Assembly: GCF_000015145.1 (NCBI RefSeq) | Contig: NC_008818.1 | Coordinates: forward strand, 60,001-92,000 | DNA length: 32,000 nucleotides | Direction: 5' to 3' | From: Hyperthermus butylicus DSM 5456 | GTDB lineage: Archaea > Thermoproteota > Thermoprotei_A > Sulfolobales > Pyrodictiaceae | In this document: piece after piece, positions 24,968 to 32,000 of the stretch | Numbering within the stretch: the first letter of the stretch is position 1 | Layout: every line of letters starts with the position of its first letter | Position numbers and translations under genes: made by a program | Notes under the pieces: model-generated | Database searches by the model: none | What the model was told of the DNA's origin: nothing | Seen by the model: the letters and a program-made list of their open reading frames with translations, nothing else

Positions 24968-26197
24968 GTGGGGGATAGGGTGGAGCAGAAAGAACCCCGA
25001 AGGATAGCCTCAACGTCGCCGGAGCCAGCAAATAAACCGAAGATAGCGCTTAGAGAGGTGGACTCTAATCTTCCCCCGACACGTGTAGACCTTGTATCCG
25101 CGATGCTGGGCTCTAGCAACCTTCTCTACTGCTACAAGCCAACCATAGTACTCGCTCTAAGACCTGAAAATACAAGGTTTAGCTACCTTGAGCTTCTACG
25201 CCGGGTAGCCCGTGAAGCATGCAGGGTTACACTGAGACTACAGCTCCATGGCCTTCACGGCGGTAGAAGGCTTACGGAGTATCAGCTTGCAACTCTTCGA
25301 TTCTCCGGCTTCATAGCCGCGATAGACCTTGACGAGGTTTCCGAGTCGGAGAGAGGGGATGGTGTAGCATCTCTAGCAAGGCTTGAGGCCAGCCTCGAGG
25401 ATAGGCTGCGAGAAGCACCGCTATCCCTTCCAGGCTTCATAATCCTATACGGTTCTCGGAACCTCATACGCCGTATCCAGGTTATGTGGAGCCCAAGGGT
25501 TGGGGGGCGTGGTCAAGTCTTTGTCCGGCTCCAGCCCCCCGTGGAGGCTGAGATAATCGAGAACGAGGACGTATTTAAGGCTATAGCACTGCTGTACAAC
25601 CTGCCCGAAAACATCGTTAATGGGGCAGCCAATATTGATGACGCTGTTACTCTAGCCGAGGAGACCTATACAAGGCTCCTAGAGGCTTTTGCCTCAGACC
25701 CCTCCCTAGGCGCTGTAGCGAGACAAGCTATAGACGATGAGGAGACCAGGCCCGACGAGGCATTTGTACACTTCGCCTCCAAGATGATAGCCCTTGCCAA
25801 CCTGCTGGAGGCAGGGTATAGCGAGGCCGAAATAGAGGTCGAGGTCGCCGTCGGGGGTGTACCCGTAGATATAATAGTTGGCGGCAGGTGGTCGAGGAGC
25901 CTCATAGTGGAAGTTGAAACACTCTATGGCTCGTTAAACCCGGCCGCCCGGTTATCCACGGTGGTTAGACAGAGGATAGGCATGGGCTACAACATGTGGA
26001 TTGTTGTACCGCCTCTCCAAGCAGCCCTCTATGCCCCCTACATAGAGCCCGTGGTTAAACGCTATAGCGAGAGCGGCTCGATAGAATTCTACACGTTTAG
26101 CGGTTTCGATGCATCCCTAACTCCCCTCGGCGAGTTCCTAGAGAAGGTATGGGCTCTTGCAGAAAGGCTGTGGAAGCATAGGCTTGGCGGCTCTTAG
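24968..26197 (+). CDS. Uncharacterised protein with a possible PD-(D/E)xK nuclease-like C-terminal core
   Basis: This 409-aa ORF begins 10 nt after the ttuA stop codon. The alternative start is ATG 25103. The C-terminal segment EAEIEVEVAVGGVPVDIIVGG..SLIVEVETLYG resembles the strand-D...E-x-[KET] layout of restriction-endonuclease folds. There is no P-loop and the N-terminal 250 aa are unrecognised. Confidence 0.4.
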   Translation: MGDRVEQKEPRRIASTSPEPANKPKIALREVDSNLPPTRVDLVSAMLGSSNLLYCYKPTIVLALRPENTRFSYLELLRRVAREACRVTLRLQLHGLHGGRRLTEYQLATLRFSGFIAAIDLDEVSESERGDGVASLARLEASLEDRLREAPLSLPGFIILYGSRNLIRRIQVMWSPRVGGRGQVFVRLQPPVEAEIIENEDVFKAIALLYNLPENIVNGAANIDDAVTLAEETYTRLLEAFASDPSLGAVARQAIDDEETRPDEAFVHFASKMIALANLLEAGYSEAEIEVEVAVGGVPVDIIVGGRWSRSLIVEVETLYGSLNPAARLSTVVRQRIGMGYNMWIVVPPLQAALYAPYIEPVVKRYSESGSIEFYTFSGFDASLTPLGEFLEKVWALAERLWKHRLGGS

Positions 26198-27045
26198 CGC
26201 CGCCATATGAGGGCAGGCGGCCTCGCACCAATCCTCTCATACAGCCAGGACACTAGTGCGAGAGCCACAACAACCATTATGTAGGGCGTATTCTCGGCCA
26301 CTACAGCGGGCACACCCAGCCCCTCAAGGACCATTATCAAAGTGTTAGCCAGGCCTATGAGGTAGGCTGCAGCAGCCACTCCCACCGGATGCCAGTAGCC
26401 GAGGATGACACTGCCCAGTGCGAGCCAACCCCAGCCAAGCGCCACTCCAGCACTCCACGTGCCCGGCCGGCTCAGAAAGATGAAGGCGCCAGCAATACCC
26501 GCCAGAGCCCCAGCTGTGAGCGCCACCGCAAGCCGGTAAACTGCCACGTTCACCCCTAGGAACCTTGCAGCCTCCACATCCTCGCCAAGGCTCCTCACAG
26601 CATATCCTACCCATGTACGGTATAGGAGGGCGTAGAGTACCACTGCTGGAAGCACGAGTAGCGCGAGCGAGGCATAGTTCTTTACCCCGAGACTGAGGGA
26701 TGGCAGGGGGGTTCCGGCAGCATTACTGCCAACAAGGTCACCAAGGCCTATCCCGAGGAATACTATTGCTAGGCCAGTGACGGCCTGGTTGGCCCTAAAC
26801 ACTATTGCTGCAACATAGTAGACGAGGATCAACGCTATACCTGCAAGGGCTCCCACAGCAAATCCTGCTGACAAGCTACCAGTAGCCGCTGCAGCAGCTG
26901 CAGCCGCAGCCGAGGAGAAATAAACTAGCCCCTCTAGCCCAAGGTTCAGCATGCCAGCTCTCTCCATCAACAGCTCGCCATAAGCAGCTACAGCAACTAT
27001 TGCAGCAGGAGCTAGGCCTTGGACTAGGAGTTCTATGCTAGTCAT
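26194..27045 (-). CDS. ABC transporter permease (CUT2/BMP-type, YufQ/NupC-like)
   Basis: It is a polytopic hydrophobic protein of 283 aa. It overlaps the upstream permease by 8 nt and is the third gene of the ABC operon. Confidence 0.7.
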   Translation of the reverse strand: MTSIELLVQGLAPAAIVAVAAYGELLMERAGMLNLGLEGLVYFSSAAAAAAAAATGSLSAGFAVGALAGIALILVYYVAAIVFRANQAVTGLAIVFLGIGLGDLVGSNAAGTPLPSLSLGVKNYASLALLVLPAVVLYALLYRTWVGYAVRSLGEDVEAARFLGVNVAVYRLAVALTAGALAGIAGAFIFLSRPGTWSAGVALGWGWLALGSVILGYWHPVGVAAAAYLIGLANTLIMVLEGLGVPAVVAENTPYIMVVVALALVSWLYERIGARPPALIWRR

Positions 27046-28084
27046 TCCTCCTCACCACGAGCTTGTACCTGGAGAGTGTTGTGGCTATGAGCACGGAGAG
27101 TACGAGTATGGCTTCGAAGGCGTAGACTAGGCTTGCAGGTATACCCTGGAGCTGGAGCATAGAAACCATGTTATAGAGCACGGCCAGCAACATGCCAGCA
27201 GCGAGAGCGCCGAGGGGACGTAGACCAGCTAGCCACGCTGCGAGCACGCCCATGTAGCCGTAACCCAGGCCTCCCTTGCCTATAGTGGTTAACGGTGTAT
27301 GAATAGACACTATGTACAGCGCGCCGCCGAGCCCTGCCGCAGCACCAGACAGTGCCGCAGCAGCGAGAATTGTTCTCCGGGGGTCCACCCCATAGGTTTC
27401 AGCTGCCTTTCTCGCAGCCCCGACAGCATCTATTGCCACGCCAAGCCTTGTAAACCGATGGACAAGGTCAAGCACTACTATGGCGGCAGCCGCTACAGCT
27501 GCCGCCGTAGCCCCGCTGACCCAGAACTTCTCGGGCAACACTACAGTCATGGTGAATCTCCCAGCTTTCCAGGGTCCGGATACGAGATAATTTACAATAG
27601 CAACAACAACATAGTTTAACATGAGGCTTATAAGGGTCTCATTGGTGCCCAAGTACGCCCGCATAGCGCCAACAAGGAGGCCACATGCTCCGCCTACTAT
27701 AGCGGCTAGTACTAGTGCCGCTACAAGACCTGCAAGACCTGGCGCATCCCATAACACATAGGCTAAGAGGCCGTGGGTTACTGTCAAGCCCAGTATAACC
27801 TGACCCTCTGAGCCGATGGTTATGAAGCCAGCTCTATAGGCTAGGGCTAGTCCAGCAGCCGAGAGGCCTATGGGCACGAAGTATGGCAGCGAGTCGAAGT
27901 AGGAGTTGGGATTCGTAAAGGCCTTGTAGAAGGCGGCAGCTACACCACCTACGCCACGAGGTGTAAGAGCGCCAACAGCTATGGAGACAAGCATGCCGGC
28001 AGCTAGGCCGGCAAGGCCGTAGAGGAGAGGATTTCCACGCTCCCATGGCGCCTTCTCTACAAGCTCAAGTCTCAACAGATCCAC
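27038..28084 (-). CDS. ABC transporter permease (CUT2/BMP-type, YufP/NupB-like)
   Basis: It is a polytopic protein of 348 aa. The segment TLISLMLNYVVVAIVNYLVSGPWK is typical of this permease family. It overlaps the ATPase gene by 20 nt. Confidence 0.7.
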   Translation of the reverse strand: MDLLRLELVEKAPWERGNPLLYGLAGLAAGMLVSIAVGALTPRGVGGVAAAFYKAFTNPNSYFDSLPYFVPIGLSAAGLALAYRAGFITIGSEGQVILGLTVTHGLLAYVLWDAPGLAGLVAALVLAAIVGGACGLLVGAMRAYLGTNETLISLMLNYVVVAIVNYLVSGPWKAGRFTMTVVLPEKFWVSGATAAAVAAAAIVVLDLVHRFTRLGVAIDAVGAARKAAETYGVDPRRTILAAAALSGAAAGLGGALYIVSIHTPLTTIGKGGLGYGYMGVLAAWLAGLRPLGALAAGMLLAVLYNMVSMLQLQGIPASLVYAFEAILVLSVLIATTLSRYKLVVRRND

Positions 28085-29594
28085 CTCCCTGAGCCATGGC
28101 TGATACTATGTGCTTGTAGTTGAATGGCTTAGAGCACTCGCAGACAATTCTGCCGGCGCTCATAACGGCTATCCTGTCTGCCAGCTCAAAAAGCTCTTCA
28201 AGATCCTCGGATACGAGGAGAACAGCTGCACCTTCGTCGGCCGCTCTTGCTATGAGTCTGCGAACCCTCCTTGTAGCGTCAAAGTCGAGGCCTGCCGTGG
28301 GATTCATTGCCACTATGAGCCTGGGCTTTTTAGCCAGCTCACGTCCAAGGATGAAGCGTTGCATGTTACCTCCGCTAAGCGCCTCAACGGATGCGTCTAG
28401 ACCAGGAGTCTTTACCTCCATATCCTCCACTATCTTCTCCGTAAGCCTCCTAGCCCTACTCCACAACACCACTAGTCCACGGAACAAGCTTGTTCCACAA
28501 CTGTAAAAGCCGAGAACGGTGTTGAATACAAGGCTCTTACCTGGTACGAGTGCCCAGCCAAGCCTCTCCTCCGGTATAACAGCTGTGCCCAACCTAGCTC
28601 TCGCACCAGCTCCACGCCTTGTAACATCAACACCATCAATGATTATTGAGCCTCGTACTGGGATGCGTAAGCCTATAATAGCCTCGAATAGCTCTCGTTG
28701 CCCGTTACCAGCCACCCCAGCTATACCGTAGATCTCGCCACTCCTAACGCTAAACGCAGCTGCCTTCACCACGTAGCCGCGGCCGGGCTCACTAATCCAC
28801 ACATCCCGTACCACCAGCACCTCCCTGCTTCCCGGCTTAGCGGAGCGCTTAACCTCCATGCGTGGAGCTTCACCAAACATTAGCTGGAGGAGCTTTGCAG
28901 GCGTAGCCTCGCTACGGGGCATCACTGTTACAAGCTTGCCACGCCTCATCACGGCTATGCGGTCTGCAGCCTCTAACGCCTCCGGGATACGGTGAGTGAT
29001 GAGGACTACACTGCGCCCTTCACCCGCCAGCCTCCTGGCAAGGCCTAGAAGCTGCCTAGCCTCAAGCGGAGAAAGGTGCGTAGTGGGCTCGTCTAGGAGT
29101 AGCACTTGCGCATCCAAGAGCAACGCTTTGAGTATTTCCGCCCGCTGCCTCTCGCCCATAGTAAGTTCTCGCACCGGCTTATCAGGATCAACGTGTAGAC
29201 CATACTTTTCAGCTAGCTGCTGCAGTCTAGACACGACCTCGCTCCGCGAGAGCTTTCTGCCAGCAAGCCGGACAGCGAGCATAACATTTTCCGCAACAGT
29301 AAATGCCTCGATGAGGCGTGGATGCTGTGGCACGAGGACAATACCGGCGCGAACTGCATCACGGGGACTCCCAAACTGGACCTCCGAACCCCGATAGATG
29401 ATTCTCCCATGGTCAGGCCTCTGTAGCCCAGCAATTATGCTCACAAGGGTAGACTTGCCGGCACCGTTCTCGCCAAGTAGCGCGAGAACCTCCCCGGGGT
29501 ATAGATCCAGGTCTACATGGTCGTTAGCGACCACACCTCCTGGATAAACCTTCACAATGCCATGCAGCGAGAGAACTGGGGCAGCCTTGCCCAC
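28065..29594 (-). CDS. ABC transporter ATP-binding protein with duplicated ABC domains (CUT2 type)
   Basis: The first domain has Walker A (GENGAGKST), the signature (MGERQRAEI, a degenerate LSGGQ) and Walker B (LLLDEPT). The second domain has a degenerate Walker A (GVAGNGQ), the signature LSGGNMQR, and SEDLEE. It is 509 aa long and starts at GTG. Confidence 0.8.
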   Translation of the reverse strand: MGKAAPVLSLHGIVKVYPGGVVANDHVDLDLYPGEVLALLGENGAGKSTLVSIIAGLQRPDHGRIIYRGSEVQFGSPRDAVRAGIVLVPQHPRLIEAFTVAENVMLAVRLAGRKLSRSEVVSRLQQLAEKYGLHVDPDKPVRELTMGERQRAEILKALLLDAQVLLLDEPTTHLSPLEARQLLGLARRLAGEGRSVVLITHRIPEALEAADRIAVMRRGKLVTVMPRSEATPAKLLQLMFGEAPRMEVKRSAKPGSREVLVVRDVWISEPGRGYVVKAAAFSVRSGEIYGIAGVAGNGQRELFEAIIGLRIPVRGSIIIDGVDVTRRGAGARARLGTAVIPEERLGWALVPGKSLVFNTVLGFYSCGTSLFRGLVVLWSRARRLTEKIVEDMEVKTPGLDASVEALSGGNMQRFILGRELAKKPRLIVAMNPTAGLDFDATRRVRRLIARAADEGAAVLLVSEDLEELFELADRIAVMSAGRIVCECSKPFNYKHIVSAMAQGGGSVET

Positions 29595-29761
29595 TCCTTG
29601 CAGCCCGGGACGTGACGTATTGCCACGAGCTTACTAAGTTTATTCATAATACATTGTGCAGAAGGCCTACAGTAGATACTATGATCGAAACACCCGCTTG
29701 TGGGGCCGGGCTAGCTCTGAGCCGTGCAGGAGACCTGGTAGAGTTTCGTGGAAGTAAAATG

Positions 29762-30046
29762 CTAGCTACTGGAACTCCGCGGCTTTATGCCTAGCTCTTC
29801 GAGGAACTTACGTAGGGCCTCTACATTCCAGTCCCACTTAGTCTTCCTCCTCGTGTCAACGTAGAGGCCGAGCCTTCTCGCCTGTTCAACTGTCAGCCCC
29901 ACAGCCTCAAGCTCCGGTATGCTGAATCCTCTACCCTCCCGCAGACCCGGCTCCGCACCACCATACTTGAGTAGACGTGGCTTCTTCACTATAGCCCTTG
30001 GAGGCTCTACGCTCCTCTCCTGCGCCAATACCATACACCCCTCCAC
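29762..30046 (-). CDS. rpl13e: Ribosomal protein L13e
   Basis: The segment REGRGFSIPELEAVGLTVEQARRLGLYVDTRRKT matches the L13e core as I remember it. The start is GTG 30046 or ATG 30034. Confidence 0.75.
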   Translation of the reverse strand: MEGCMVLAQERSVEPPRAIVKKPRLLKYGGAEPGLREGRGFSIPELEAVGLTVEQARRLGLYVDTRRKTKWDWNVEALRKFLEELGIKPRSSSS

Positions 30047-30217
30047 TGCAGCCCCCCACGCCTAGGTCTTTAAACCTGGCGAGCACACAGAAAGAAGCCG
30101 CCACAACTTGATGATATGAAGCCCCAGCATGCAGCAGCCAATGCAAACAAAGCAGGTTTATGGATTCAACTACATGATGTGTCAAGCCTTGACAGAACTT
30201 GTACTACAAAATACCTC

Positions 30218-30700
30218 ATGATTCCCGTGCCAACCCATCTCCACAAAGGCTTGGAAAAGGCCAAGAGACGAACGTTACAATATTAAGGCCTTACTTGCCA
30301 CAAGGCTTAGTTGCGGCCTTGACCCAAGCGTTACAGCCCTAGACTGCATCAGGGCTGACGGTGTCTACCTTAAGCAGACAAGAAAGGAACTAGAAAGAAT
30401 GATGTAGAACAAGGCGGCAGAGAGGGCTTGGGGATCGGTAGCTTCGGCCGTAAAGGCATACTCCTCATGAAGAGAGGCTTGGAGGCTTGAAAGCCGCAGG
30501 GAACCAGGGCTCTGCAATGATGTCCTCGCGGGGGAGCAAGGCTCCTGGGATGAGAAATGTCTCCGCCAGGCGAGCAGCCAACATACATGCTTCTATGGGG
30601 GTTCTGCGCCTGGTGAGACGTAGAAGACGTTCTTAAGAAGGCTGAAAGGCTCATACAAGAAACACGCAACAGGATAACCAAGACGGTTGAGGACACATAG
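30218..30700 (+). pseudogene. Second PaREP1-like family gene, heavily decayed (frameshifts plus in-frame stops)
   Basis: The frame-hopping read is MIPVPTHLHKGLEKAKRR | ETNVTILRPYLPQGLVAALTQALQP* | DCIRADGVYLKQTRKELER | NDVEQ | AAERAWGSVASAVKAYSS*REAWRLESRREPGLCNDVLAGEQGSWDEKCLRQASSQHTCFYGGSAPGET | VEDVLKKAERLIQETRNRITKTVEDT*. It is colinear with the 8507-8981 copy, for example AAEKAWGAAALAVKA versus AAERAWGSVASAVKA and MHTCFYEGW versus QHTCFYGG. Confidence 0.6.
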
Positions 30701-30857
30701 TGACTTGTAAAATTGATGCATTACCCTAGGTGCGTGGCTTTCCTCCTGCAAGCTTGCTCATATAGGATACCAATACCCTTTAGACGGCCCTGCTGCCACC
30801 CTTCAAGTACCACCCATGGTGTTTGCAGCATGGAGCACCCATGATCTAATGGTGTTG

Positions 30858-31334
30858 CTAGGCCTCCGCTGTTAGGGGTGAGGCGGGGTCCTCCTTTATT
30901 GCGCGAAGGGCGAGGCTTGTAACGGTTCGCTTGACGGCTGGCAGCTTGTTCACGGCCTTGATGAACTTGTCTAGCTCACTTACGCTCCTAAACTTCGCTA
31001 CGACTGCGAGATCGTAGTCGCCGGTGATATCATACACTGCGATAACGTTGGGAGACTTGGCGAGGTATTCTCCAACCTCTACTATGCGTCCCCCTTCAAC
31101 TTGCATTAGTATGAGAACAGTGACAGTATAGCCCAACACATCGTAGTCCGGTAGGACAGTAAACCTCCTTATAACCCCTGCTTTAACAAGCTTACTTAGC
31201 CGCGTGTGAACAGTTGATGCAGCAAGTTTTAATTCCCTTGCGAGCTCGCGTATACTCTGCCGCGCATTCATAGCCAGGAGCTTTACAAGCTTATAGTCAA
31301 CATCATCTATGCTAGCATGGCTCCGCGCAGACAA
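30858..31334 (-). CDS. lrp: Lrp/AsnC-family transcriptional regulator
   Basis: It has an N-terminal HTH (DYKLVKLLAMNARQSIRELARELKLAASTVHTRLSKLVKAGVI) and a C-terminal RAM/ACT-like fold (VTVLILMQVE...YDITGDYDLAVVAKF). Confidence 0.85.
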   Translation of the reverse strand: MSARSHASIDDVDYKLVKLLAMNARQSIRELARELKLAASTVHTRLSKLVKAGVIRRFTVLPDYDVLGYTVTVLILMQVEGGRIVEVGEYLAKSPNVIAVYDITGDYDLAVVAKFRSVSELDKFIKAVNKLPAVKRTVTSLALRAIKEDPASPLTAEA

Positions 31335-31481
31335 TCTGTTCAGCCCCAGGCTGCAGCTGTAAGGGGTGGTGCCCTAGAAAGGTGAATCCCTACCACCTAT
31401 TAATACTTCAATTCTGCCAGTTGCGGGGCGTGGGTAAAGCATACGCCTAGTGGAGAGTAAGAGAGATAATCCCAACGGACT

Positions 31482-31811
31482 ATGTGTATGCAACTACGCG
31501 GCGGGAGGGTTAGTCGAGAGTTGAGTGGCTTGCGCCGCCTAGTCCTCGACGTGCTTAAACCCCTAAAGGACCCGTCAATAGTTGATGTTGCTCTCGAGCT
31601 TGCAAAGGTTCCCGGCGTACAGGGCGTAAACATAACTGTCAACGAGGTTGATGTCGAGACGCTAAGCTTAACAGTCGTTATCGAAGGCGACAATATCGAG
31701 TTCGACGGCATTAGGAGGGTTCTCGAGGAGGTTGGAGCAGCAATACACAGTATCGACCAGGTGGTGGCTGGCGAGAAGTTTGTCGAAATTCCACGCAGAC
31801 CACAAGAATAA
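31482..31811 (+). CDS. DUF211-family protein
   Basis: The segment LRRLVLDVLKPLKDPSIVDVALELAKVPGVQGVNITVNEVDVETLSLTVVIEG matches the DUF211 pattern as I remember it. The true start is probably the internal TTG near 31521. Confidence 0.6.
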   Translation: MCMQLRGGRVSRELSGLRRLVLDVLKPLKDPSIVDVALELAKVPGVQGVNITVNEVDVETLSLTVVIEGDNIEFDGIRRVLEEVGAAIHSIDQVVAGEKFVEIPRRPQE

Positions 31812-31881
31812 GGCTGTCCTAGATGACTAGGGTAGGCTCGGGTTTTAGGAGGTGTGCGGGACCGTGGCCTCCAATCAACCC

Positions 31882-32000
31882 ATGGACAGAGAGAAGGAGT
31901 ACATAACTATAGAGGAGTTTGCCCGCATCGACCTACGTGTTGGCCGGGTTGTAGAGGCTGAGCGTATTCCTGGCACGAGGCTACTCCGCCTCATAGTGGA
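31882..32000 (+). CDS. 5' part of a tRNA-binding-domain protein (Trbp111/CsaA or MetRS beta-like), truncated by the window edge
   Basis: MDREKEYITIEEFARIDLRVGRVVEAERIPGTRLLRLIV shows the F..(I/V)DLRVG.V..AE......LL.L motif of the OB-fold tRNA-binding domain. Confidence 0.55.
   Translation, partial: MDREKEYITIEEFARIDLRVGRVVEAERIPGTRLLRLIV

Noticed and set aside
29743-29754. GTTTCGTGGAAG, reminiscent of archaeal origin-recognition-box cores
   Set aside because: It is a single copy with no inverted partner, no AT-rich unwinding element and no orc1/cdc6 gene nearby.
30370-30696. 108-aa minus-strand ORF between L13e and lrp
   Set aside because: It is antisense to the decayed PaREP1-like pseudogene, whose plus-strand frames show clear homology to the 8507-8981 copy.
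1-32000. CRISPR arrays, cas genes, IS elements, integrases and rRNA genes
   Set aside because: I saw no regularly spaced direct repeats, no transposase or integrase motifs and no rRNA-like segments on either strand.

Overview
The window looks like chromosomal DNA from a hyperthermophilic crenarchaeon, probably Desulfurococcales-like (Aeropyrum, Hyperthermus or Pyrolobus type). That placement is a guess from gene content and cannot be confirmed without a search. It rests on an archaeal-type SAM synthetase, ribosomal protein L13e, an Sm-like protein, Rio2, an intron-containing tRNA, guide sRNAs, PaREP1-like genes, many GTG/TTG starts and short gene overlaps. Most of the window is housekeeping. 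It encodes a secreted metallophosphoesterase, Rio2 kinase, an ArsR regulator, an AbrB-PhoU regulator, Trm10, a purine phosphoribosyltransferase, a cupin, a DUF460 RNase-H-fold protein and SAM synthetase. It also encodes a geranylgeranyl-reductase-like flavoprotein, Trm5, a secreted Lon(S16)-like protease, a family-4 UDG and a nucleoside phosphorylase. Further along are a beta-grasp protein plus the TtuA thiolase, a CUT2/BMP-type ABC importer, L13e, Lrp and DUF211. The non-coding content is richer than the ORF track suggests. There is a tRNA-Val(GAC), a tRNA-Cys(GCA) with a 25-nt intron, and a textbook C/D box sRNA at 10421-10480 (minus strand). There is also an H/ACA-like guide hairpin at 13075-13144 (minus strand), set in a block of about 76% GC made of contiguous hairpins that the ORF track mis-reads as protein on both strands. 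The accessory-looking part is a roughly 4-kb stretch starting exactly at the 3' end of tRNA-Val (5142 to about 9370). It holds an AT-rich three-gene cassette (about 33% GC locally), a Cys-rich ORF, a small HExxH protein and a multiply frameshifted PaREP1-like pseudogene. I saw no integrase or att repeat there. A second, independently decayed PaREP1-like pseudogene lies at 30218-30700. Other points worth checking are a tandem pair of divergent minimal nucleotidyltransferases, an uncharacterised 409-aa ORF with a PD-(D/E)xK-like C terminus coupled to the ttuA operon, and a ThiS-like protein that does not end in Gly-Gly. I found no CRISPR array and no recognisable defence system. All calls come from reading the sequence and from remembered family motifs, and no searches were run.
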